The notes: generated from the sequence alone by a model not told the origin. DNA of 45,707 bases from an uncultured Planctomycetaceae bacterium (GCA_947307005.1 CAMZHY010000001.1:1-45707); one strand, 5' to 3'; shown: positions 28,257 through 35,732, numbered from the stretch's first letter. Translations and numbers: made by a program.

Positions 28257-28293
28257 TCCGGCGCGCGATTTTGCGTCTCGCGCCGGACGTTTT
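28257..28293 (+). terminator. GC-rich hairpin plus short T-run after the aldehyde dehydrogenase gene (internal attenuator/terminator candidate)
   Basis: ccggcgcg (28258-28265) pairs with cgcgccgg (28279-28286). The stem extends to ~12 bp with one mismatch and is followed by acgtttt. Confidence 0.5.
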
Positions 28294-28343
28294 GAAGTTG
28301 GGAACAGTTTCTTTGTGGTTTTGACAACAACACAATCAAGACG

Positions 28344-28883
28344 ATGAACATCGGCAATTTTGAATGGGAAGTGTTCCGCCACTCGATTCACACCTTTAAC
28401 TGGTGGGAAGCGGGGATGGCGAGCTTCTTTATCATTGCCGGACTTGTTTCCATTAAATGGACGAAAAAGACGGGGTCGGTTGACGGGAAGAGCGTTAACG
28501 CTCTTTTTTGCCTTCTTCTTGGCTCGATAATGGGGTTGGCGTTTAAGCTTTTCGCGTACCTCGACGTGACGGTTCTTTTGCACGCGGCCCTTGTCGTCGT
28601 CTTTTTCCTCGATTTTAAGAAAACTAGAGATATTCGAAATCGACTCCTTAAAGCGGAAGACGCGCTCAACATAAAAAAGCGGCGCGATTCTCTTATAGGA
28701 GGCGTTAAGTCGACCGGTCGCGCTGACGCTTCAAGAGAGCATAGAGAGCATTCTCATTCGCATTCTCATCATTCGCATCATCATCATGAACGCGGACGCT
28801 CTCATTCGTCCGATCATGATTCGGACGCGTCGGCGAAGGAGCCAAAGAATCCTATCCACGACGATCCTTTGACGGACGAATAA
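28344..28883 (+). CDS. Small 3-TM membrane protein with His-rich C-terminal tail, function unknown
   Basis: Hydrophobic segments ASFFIIAGLVSI, ALFCLLLGSIMGLAFKLFAYL and VLLHAALVVVFFL. The tail reads HREHSHSHSHHSHHHHERGRSHSSDHD. Codon usage resembles neighbouring genes. Confidence 0.65.
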   Translation: MNIGNFEWEVFRHSIHTFNWWEAGMASFFIIAGLVSIKWTKKTGSVDGKSVNALFCLLLGSIMGLAFKLFAYLDVTVLLHAALVVVFFLDFKKTRDIRNRLLKAEDALNIKKRRDSLIGGVKSTGRADASREHREHSHSHSHHSHHHHERGRSHSSDHDSDASAKEPKNPIHDDPLTDE

Positions 28884-28900
28884 AAGACGAAAAGACGGCG

Positions 28901-29185
28901 ATGAATCGCGCCCGTATTATTGGTTACGCGACCTCCGTGGTTAAACACGAGTCGCTTGTTGGACAGAAGATGTTAATCGCTCAGCCCGTAACGACCGACG
29001 GCAAGCCTGAAGGCGATCCTTCGATCGTTTACGATAAACTTGGCGCGGGCGTCGGCGATCTCGTCCTGATAACGAGCGACGGTTCCTTTACGCGAACTGA
29101 GATTATTGGGACGAAACTAACGCCCGCGCGTTGGGCGATTGTGGGAATTATCGATTCGGTTAAGAAATCGGACGCGGAAGAATGA
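28901..29185 (+). CDS. BMC-P vertex protein (EutN/CcmL family), copy 2
   Basis: MNRARIIGYATSVVKHESLVGQKMLIAQP...GAGVGDLVLITSDGS; 94 aa. Its stop overlaps the next start (ATGA). Confidence 0.9.
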   Translation: MNRARIIGYATSVVKHESLVGQKMLIAQPVTTDGKPEGDPSIVYDKLGAGVGDLVLITSDGSFTRTEIIGTKLTPARWAIVGIIDSVKKSDAEE

Positions 29186-30009
29186 ACGGATTGGATTGGG
29201 ACCTGGACGCTTTGGTCGGCGCGATCATGTCCGATCTCCGGGGACGTTCTCCCGTCGCGTCCGCCGAAAACGTTAGCGAGACGCTGTCTCGCGATTTTGC
29301 GGACGCTCGACGGTCGTTGAGCCAGCCGACGAAAGAACCGACCGTTTTTGACGTCGACGAGCGCGTCGTTGTTCGTGAGACCGTCGTCAAACTCGCGTCG
29401 ACGACTAAGTTGAAGGTTTGGCGTCTTCGCGGCGACGTTGTGGCGACCCCCGCCGCTTACGACGAGCTCGCCAGTCGAGGAATCAGCGTTATTCGCGCAG
29501 GTCGCAGCGACGTGAAATCGCCGACGCCCTCCCCTTCCCCGGCGCGCGCGACCCTTTCCGCGTCAAACGCCGCGGATCGGGAATCCGCGAAAGCGTTTAA
29601 GACGGACCAAGAGACTTCGAAATCCGCCTCGCGAGCGCAGGTCCTTTTGGCGACTTGTTTGCCGGAAAATGAACGCGCCCCTCAGGGAATTGTCGAATAC
29701 TTAAAACGCAACGCGGAATTCGTCGAAGAGCGCCTTGACTGCATGAAGAAGACGACGGAATTGGTCGCCGACTCTCTTGCGGCGAACGACGCGCTGAAAG
29801 TCGTTATTGCGACGCGCGACGGAGCGGTCGGGTGCGTTTGGGCAAATCGCAAAAAAGGCGTTCGCGCCGTCGTCGCCGTGACGGTCGAACAGGCGAAGCG
29901 CGACCTTGCGGCGACGAACGCCAATACGCTGATTTTGGATCCTCGCGACGTTGGACCTTATCAGGCGCGTCAGATTGTCGACTTCTTCACGCGAATGGGA
30001 CGAAGGTGA
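29182..30009 (+). CDS. BMC-associated protein: N-terminal amphipathic helix, S/P-rich linker, C-terminal degenerate RpiB/LacAB-like domain
   Basis: The C-terminus KVVIATRDGAVGCVWANRKKGVRAVVAVTVEQAKRDLAATNANTLILDPRDVGPYQARQIVDFF is colinear with the RpiB segment ILICGTGVGISIAANK..GIRA..HND.NVL..G.RV.G...A..IV. The alignment is from memory. Confidence 0.75.
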   Translation: MNGLDWDLDALVGAIMSDLRGRSPVASAENVSETLSRDFADARRSLSQPTKEPTVFDVDERVVVRETVVKLASTTKLKVWRLRGDVVATPAAYDELASRGISVIRAGRSDVKSPTPSPSPARATLSASNAADRESAKAFKTDQETSKSASRAQVLLATCLPENERAPQGIVEYLKRNAEFVEERLDCMKKTTELVADSLAANDALKVVIATRDGAVGCVWANRKKGVRAVVAVTVEQAKRDLAATNANTLILDPRDVGPYQARQIVDFFTRMGRR

Positions 30010-30013
30010 GACA

Positions 30014-30445
30014 ATGCGCATAGGTCAAGTCATCGGCAAGGTTGTGCTTAACCGCGTTCATCCGTCCATGATTGGAGCGCAGTTTAAGATAGTCGCACCG
30101 CTGACGTTTAACGATCTGGCGGAGCCCGATCCGCTTGAGTCCGCCCGGAGCGTCGGCGACGACGAGAACGAGCGCGGACTTGATCACGCCGCGCAGGTGG
30201 CGGCGGCGACGAATCGTCTCGCGAATCAGACGATTCCTCGACAGCGTGGAAACGAAATCGTCGTTTACGACGATTGTTCGGCCGCGATTGGAGAATGGCT
30301 CGCGTTTAGCGAAGGCGCCGAGGCGGCCGCCGCGTTTGGCGTGGAAAATCCTCATCCGGTCGACGCGTTTGGCGGCGCGATCATCGACAACGTCGAGATT
30401 GACGCCCAAGTCGTCGCGGAACTTGCGGCGATGAAGAATAAGTAA
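30014..30445 (+). CDS. BMC-P vertex protein (EutN/CcmL family), copy 3, with ~50-aa internal insertion
   Basis: MRIGQVIGKVVLNRVHPSMIGAQFKIVAPL then an insert, then EIVVYDDCSAAIGEWLAFSEG. GAAGGTGAG lies upstream of ATG 30014. Confidence 0.8.
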   Translation: MRIGQVIGKVVLNRVHPSMIGAQFKIVAPLTFNDLAEPDPLESARSVGDDENERGLDHAAQVAAATNRLANQTIPRQRGNEIVVYDDCSAAIGEWLAFSEGAEAAAAFGVENPHPVDAFGGAIIDNVEIDAQVVAELAAMKNK

Positions 30446-30455
30446 GATAGCGCCG

Positions 30456-30483
30456 TCTTTTTCGTTCCTGAGAACGAAAAAGA
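30456..30483 (+). other. Perfect 12-bp stem / 4-nt loop hairpin in the BMV3-aldolase spacer
   Basis: tctttttcgttc ctga gaacgaaaaaga. No downstream U-tract on either strand. Confidence 0.7.
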
Positions 30484-30627
30484 AAAGACTATAGAAAACG
30501 GACGTTTTGGACGTGTTCATAGTAGAGCGGCGTTTCCAAGATAAATAGAGCGTTTTGATAATCAACGAGACGCGGCTGCGGCGACGCGGCGAACGTCGTG
30601 AAGTTATAAAAGCAAAAGGAACGGCAT

Positions 30628-31515
30628 ATGCTCAATTTGCACCAAGTTAAGGACGAAATCTGCGACATTGGTCGTAGATTGTACAATCGGGGGTTTGCGG
30701 CGGCGAACGACGGCAATATCAGCTATCGTATCGACGAAAATCGCGTCGTCTGCACCCCGACGCAAATCTGCAAGGGATTTATGAAGCCCGAGGATCTTTG
30801 CATCGTCGACATGGAGGGAAATCAGATCGCCGGCACGCGTAAGCGCACGAGCGAAATCTTCCTCCACCTGACGATCATGAAGGAACGCCCCGAAGTTCGT
30901 TCCGTCCTCCATTGCCATCCGCCTTATCCTACCGCCTTCGGGATTGCGAAGGAAGCGATTCCTCAGTGCGTCCTTCCCGAAGTCGATATCTATATGGGCG
31001 ACGTTCCGATTGCGAAGTACGCGATTCCGGGCGGTCAGGAGTTTGCCGACACCGTTTTGCCGTATATTCATAAGTCCGACATCATCGTCCTTGCCAATCA
31101 CGGCACCGTCAGCTTGGGTCCGACCGTCGAAAAAGCGTACTGGCTGACCGAAATTCTCGACGCGTATTGCCGTATCCTTATGATCTCTCACGATCTTGGC
31201 AAAACAAGCTACTTCACGAAAGACGAAGCGGAAGCGCTCCTTCAGCTCAAGACGAAGTGGGGTATCAAGGATCCGCGCCTTCAGGCGGAAAATTGCGAGC
31301 TTTGCGCGAACGATATGTTCCGCGACAGCTGGAAGGAAACGGGCGTCGGTCACCGCGCGTTCAATCCCCCGACGTTCCGTCGCGGCGACGAGCCTTGCGG
31401 TTGCGCCTCTAATCCGATCCTGAACAACAACGTCGAAGTCGGCAAGGACCCCGAAACGGAAGCGCTTGTCAAAGCGATCGCCGATCGCGTTATTGAGATG
31501 ATCAATAAGAAGTGA
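30628..31515 (+). CDS. Class II (Zn-dependent) aldolase, fuculose/rhamnulose-1-phosphate aldolase-like, with ~80-aa C-terminal extension ending in an encapsulation peptide
   Basis: NDGNISYR, HLTIM, LHCHPP and ANHG motifs. The extension has CELC and CGC pairs and a terminal ETEALVKAIADRVIEMINKK. Confidence 0.93.
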   Translation: MLNLHQVKDEICDIGRRLYNRGFAAANDGNISYRIDENRVVCTPTQICKGFMKPEDLCIVDMEGNQIAGTRKRTSEIFLHLTIMKERPEVRSVLHCHPPYPTAFGIAKEAIPQCVLPEVDIYMGDVPIAKYAIPGGQEFADTVLPYIHKSDIIVLANHGTVSLGPTVEKAYWLTEILDAYCRILMISHDLGKTSYFTKDEAEALLQLKTKWGIKDPRLQAENCELCANDMFRDSWKETGVGHRAFNPPTFRRGDEPCGCASNPILNNNVEVGKDPETEALVKAIADRVIEMINKK

Positions 31516-31565
31516 GGCGCTTTCCTCGCGGTTTTTGCCGCATAAGGTAAGAATTTAGTCGTATG

Positions 31566-31608
31566 CGGAAGACGCGAGACAACTTCGCGTCTTCCGTTTT
31601 TCTTTTTT
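31566..31608 (+). terminator. Rho-independent terminator ending the BMC operon
   Basis: 12-bp perfect stem cggaagacgcga/tcgcgtcttccg with a 7-nt loop, followed by tttttctttttt. Confidence 0.88.
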
Positions 31609-31669
31609 ACGGAAATATTGCGCGCTTCCGCATCGCGGCGCGTAGGTATTAAGTCAAAAGGTCGATTGA

Positions 31670-32791
31670 ATGGGCGAAAGAGAACAAGCGCGTCGCGAAC
31701 GGTTGATTAGCGTGATGAACGAGACGGGATTGGACGGTTACCTGATAGGGGATCCTGTGAACGTTTCCTATCTGACAGGGTTTCGCGGAGACGATTCCTT
31801 GCTTTGGATCGGCGACGCGGGCGTCTGTCTATTGAGCGACACGCGATTTGAGGAGCAAATCAAAGAGGAATGCCCCGATATCGGAGCGTTGATCCGTCAG
31901 AGCGGTCAAACGACAAGCGGTTTGCTGAAAGTCGCCATTTTCGACGACAGATATTCCTCTTCTTATCCGAAACGTATCGGAATCGAAGCGGCGACGACGA
32001 CCGTTTCTTCCTTAGACGGACTTCGCGCGTCTCTTTCCGACGTTGAATTCGTCCCGCGTTATCTAGACGTCGAACGTCTCCGTGCCGTCAAAGACGAAGA
32101 TGAAATCCGCGCGATTCAGAGCGCGATCGACGTCTCAATCGACGCGTATCGCGATATTCGCGCGCAGGTTGGCGCGGACGCTAGCGAGGCTGATCTGCGC
32201 GACGAGTTGGAGTATCGAATGCGAAAACGCGGCGGCGACGACGTTTCTTTTCCGTCGATTATCGCGTTTGACGAACGCGCCGCCCTACCCCATGCGATTC
32301 CGACGCGAAACGGACGGTACGGCGACGCGAGGATGGTTCTGATCGACTGGGGCGCGAAAAAGGACGGTTATGTCGGCGATCTAACGCGCAGTTTTTTGAC
32401 GGAACGAGGTCTTTCAGAGTCTCAGACTGAGTATCGTGAGAAGTTCGAAGAAATCTTCAAGATCGTTCTTGAGGCTCACGACAAAGCGATCGAGGCGATT
32501 AAGCCGGGCGCGATTTGTCGCGACGTCGATAAAATCGCTCGCGATACGATACGAGACGCGGGATACGGCGACTATTTTGGACATGGGCTTGGTCACGGAA
32601 TCGGTCGCGTCGTCCATGATTTTGGCGGATTATCGCCAAACGCGACCGCGCTGTTAGAGGAGAATATGATTATGACCGTCGAACCGGGAATCTATCTTCC
32701 CGGTTGGGGAGGAATCCGTATCGAAGACGACGTCCTTGTTACGAAAACAGGATGCGAGATTCTATCGAAAAGACTTCCAGATAACGAGTGA
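31670..32791 (+). CDS. M24-family Xaa-Pro aminopeptidase/dipeptidase
   Basis: Creatinase-like N-domain plus M24 metal ligand motifs (DWGAKKDGYVGDLTR, HGLGHGIG, TVEPGIY, IRIEDD). Confidence 0.92.
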   Translation: MGEREQARRERLISVMNETGLDGYLIGDPVNVSYLTGFRGDDSLLWIGDAGVCLLSDTRFEEQIKEECPDIGALIRQSGQTTSGLLKVAIFDDRYSSSYPKRIGIEAATTTVSSLDGLRASLSDVEFVPRYLDVERLRAVKDEDEIRAIQSAIDVSIDAYRDIRAQVGADASEADLRDELEYRMRKRGGDDVSFPSIIAFDERAALPHAIPTRNGRYGDARMVLIDWGAKKDGYVGDLTRSFLTERGLSESQTEYREKFEEIFKIVLEAHDKAIEAIKPGAICRDVDKIARDTIRDAGYGDYFGHGLGHGIGRVVHDFGGLSPNATALLEENMIMTVEPGIYLPGWGGIRIEDDVLVTKTGCEILSKRLPDNE

Positions 32792-33060
32792 ATATGTCGC
32801 GGACAAAGTTGAAGGTGTGATTTTGAGGATTGTACCTTCTAGATAAGGAGTCTTAGGAAGAGCGCGCGTTTTTGGACTTGATTTATAGAAGTCTTAGGGA
32901 TTTTTGGGACGATATATAAACTGTTCAGAAAGACGTTGTTTATCTGAATTACCTATTTTAGTTAAATTAACGTCTTATTGTTCTCCCCTCCCCTGCCTAG
33001 CGGGTTTTTAGGAGACCGCGTCGCCGGTCTTCCAAAAGCGCGCCTTTGACGAGCGTTCCC

Positions 33061-33342
33061 ATGAATTCAAGTTCCAACGCGCGTACAATGGACGAACTCA
33101 AAGAGTATGTTTACGCGGCTCTTTGTAAAGACAACGATCTTCTCGCCGGCGCTTTCCCATCGACGACGACTCCCGTTCGCAGAAACGGCGAGCTTTGCGG
33201 GGTGATCTTCTGCGTTCATGGTCCGCGCCGAGTAGATTTTAGCGCAATTTGGGAAAAGAAAACGAACCGCGTGCTTTTTTATCGACCGACCGGCGAGCGA
33301 TATCGTTTGGCGACGCTCGACGGTTCTTTGCAAATCGAGTAA
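33061..33342 (+). CDS. Small hypothetical protein upstream of csrA
   Basis: 93-aa ORF from ATG 33061 (the track starts at TTG 33046). No recognisable domain. Coding status rests only on ORF length and codon look. Confidence 0.45.
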   Translation: MNSSSNARTMDELKEYVYAALCKDNDLLAGAFPSTTTPVRRNGELCGVIFCVHGPRRVDFSAIWEKKTNRVLFYRPTGERYRLATLDGSLQIE

Positions 33343-33412
33343 CGCGCGGAGGTCTTTATAGATAGAGGACTCGGTCGAAAGGATTCGACTTAAATACGCG
33401 AAAGGAGACGAT

Positions 33413-33601
33413 ATGCTTGTAGTGTCCCGAAAACCCGGCGAAAGCGTTTGGGTCGGAGACGGTATTAATATCACCGTCGTTGAGATTAAAGGCTCAAAAA
33501 TCCGACTTGGCGTGACTGCCGACAAGGAAACGACGATTCTTCGCGGCGAGATTTGCCCGGTTAAGGATTCTGAAAAAGGATCTGTGAAGAAAGTCGCCTG
33601 A
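33413..33601 (+). CDS. csrA: Carbon storage regulator CsrA
   Basis: MLVVSRKPGESVWVGDGINITVVEIKGSKIRLGVTADKETTILRGEI. Confidence 0.93.
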   Translation: MLVVSRKPGESVWVGDGINITVVEIKGSKIRLGVTADKETTILRGEICPVKDSEKGSVKKVA

Positions 33602-33620
33602 ATTTTTGAGTCAGGAAATG

Positions 33621-33660
33621 AAAACGCTCCGAATCCTCAGTGGTTTCGGAGCGTTTTTAT
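33621..33660. terminator. Bidirectional rho-independent terminator (csrA / convergent secreted-protein gene)
   Basis: Stem cgctccgaa/ttcggagcg is flanked by AAAA on the 5' side and TTTTT on the 3' side. Confidence 0.8.
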
Positions 33661-33699
33661 TAAACGGAGTCGCGGACGAGTAAGAGCGCGAATCCTACG

Positions 33700-35463
33700 T
33701 TATTCGGCGTCGTTTTTTGGGGCTTCGCTTGGAACGTCTTCTGCGGCGGCGTCAGCCCTTTCTTGCAGTTGTTTCTGCATCGTCTGCATTTGCGCTTGGT
33801 AAGATTCAAGCTGCTGAGCGTAGGCGTTGACCTCTTCGTTGTCGGCGACTTTACAGAAGTTGAGCACGTCTTCAAACGTCGTGTCGAAAAGATCCTCTTT
33901 GTGGTTCTTCTGACCAATCTCGACGATGCTGGAACGCGCGAAGAGGAGACCTCCGACGCAACTTGGGCATGTGAGAATATCCTGCTTGAACTGTTTTAGC
34001 GCGGCGTTGAAATCGTCGAGACTGCCGTTGTTGTCAAGACTCTTTTTTAACAAACCGACAAAACGCGCGACGTAAATTGTAGAGACGGCTTCTTCGTTCG
34101 CCTTGTCTTTGCTAAGTTCGGCGACGTAATCGGCGTGCTTGCTGAAACTTGCCGGCTCTTTTGTGATTAGGTCGGTGACGACGGAAAGCTTCACTTGGTC
34201 GAGCTTAGGCTTGAGGTCTTCGTCGGGATTCTTCGCAAGTTCGCCTTCGATGAACGCCAAGAGACCGTCGCGATCTTCCTGTAAATTGAAAGACTGAATT
34301 TTCAGACCAATCGCCTGCCCCAACAGCTCTTCTTTTTCTTTTGACTCTTTGTAAACTTTTTCAGCGTATTCAGTTAACGCTGCGACGGCGTTTTTGTCTG
34401 TTCGCGCGGCTTTGAGAAGAAGCTCGCCTTTAACGGCGACGCCGAGCGCGTAGAGTTCCTTGTCTTCCTCCTTTTCGAGCTGCGCGATAAGCGTCTCGAG
34501 CTTTTCGGTAGCTTTTTCGTCGGTCGTATTAGGATCGAGGAGGGTTTGAACGCGGAGCTGACAGACCATTTTTCGAAGATCGAGCGAATATTTTCCGGGC
34601 GTCAACAGATCTTGGAAGAGTTTTTCCGCTTCTTCGCCGTACGATTTATCCTGCTCGGCGTCTTCCTTTTCTTTTTCGAGTTCGCTGGCGATAACATAGG
34701 CGACCAATTTAAGTTCAAGCGCTTTTTCTCTGACGGCCTGATCGCGTTTTTCATCGTTGATAACGGTCTCGAGGAACGACAAAAGTTCTTTGTCGACTTC
34801 ACCGGTTTTTTGGACCTTCATAAGAAAATTCTGAGCCTTGACTTCGAGCGCGAAGACTTGGAGCTCGCTTTTGTCGAGCGCAAACATTTCGTCGGCGAGC
34901 TTTGCGATTTCGACGCTAGGATCTTCGATAGAAGACGTAAGGACTTGAAGTTTCAACTGATACGCTTTGACGAGCGCCTCGTCGGATTTTGCGTTCTTAA
35001 TGTTTTCGTCAACGAACGCGTTAAGCTGATCGGCGGCCTCTTCGTCGATATTGGCGCGCGTTGTGAGCGCGACGACCTTAAGTTGAACGGCGCGTTCACG
35101 CTGTTCTTCTGTAAGATCCATCGCTAGCATTTTGTCGGCGGCGGTTAAGCATGTTTTGGAGAATGCGTCGATAACGGTAAAGCGTTCCTGTTGATTCTTC
35201 GGAACTGGCAGTTTGGTTTGAAGACCGTTAATGAACTCGAATAGTTCGTCAAACGTTGCGTTTTCCGGGAGCGCGAGGATGGACTCGTCGATCTTAAGCG
35301 GTTCCGGAGCCTTGGGGGGATCGACCATTAGCGAATCAAGCGAGAGAGACGCGGGGACGTCCGTTTTCGGCGTAGTCGGCTTATCCTGAGCTAGCGCAAC
35401 GGAGGAACTAAGCGCGCAGGAAAGAACGAGAGCCAACGAACATAGGGAAGAGCGTTTAAACAT
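33700..35463 (-). CDS. Secreted all-helical repeat protein, function unknown
   Basis: Signal peptide ending VALAQD. The 587-aa sequence is rich in E/K/L/A with helical repeats. Confidence 0.8.
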   Translation of the reverse strand: MFKRSSLCSLALVLSCALSSSVALAQDKPTTPKTDVPASLSLDSLMVDPPKAPEPLKIDESILALPENATFDELFEFINGLQTKLPVPKNQQERFTVIDAFSKTCLTAADKMLAMDLTEEQRERAVQLKVVALTTRANIDEEAADQLNAFVDENIKNAKSDEALVKAYQLKLQVLTSSIEDPSVEIAKLADEMFALDKSELQVFALEVKAQNFLMKVQKTGEVDKELLSFLETVINDEKRDQAVREKALELKLVAYVIASELEKEKEDAEQDKSYGEEAEKLFQDLLTPGKYSLDLRKMVCQLRVQTLLDPNTTDEKATEKLETLIAQLEKEEDKELYALGVAVKGELLLKAARTDKNAVAALTEYAEKVYKESKEKEELLGQAIGLKIQSFNLQEDRDGLLAFIEGELAKNPDEDLKPKLDQVKLSVVTDLITKEPASFSKHADYVAELSKDKANEEAVSTIYVARFVGLLKKSLDNNGSLDDFNAALKQFKQDILTCPSCVGGLLFARSSIVEIGQKNHKEDLFDTTFEDVLNFCKVADNEEVNAYAQQLESYQAQMQTMQKQLQERADAAAEDVPSEAPKNDAE

Positions 35464-35732
35464 GGATACTCTTTCTATTGCTTTGTAGTTTAATCGGTTA
35501 AGGAATACAGTGGAACGTTCAAGCCGACGCTGTTTTACGTGAAACTGAAAGGAAACGTCGTCGCGCCGTTTTGACGGGGCGCAGCCCGAATAGAGTTCCG
35601 CTCTATAAATATCCGATTCATTCTACCCTTTTTCAAATATCGTTCCAATATAAAAAGCCGGTCTTTTTATTGTTTTTCTAGATTTTTCCTAAAATATAAA
35701 CTGTCAGTTTATTTCAAGTCGCTACGAAAAAA

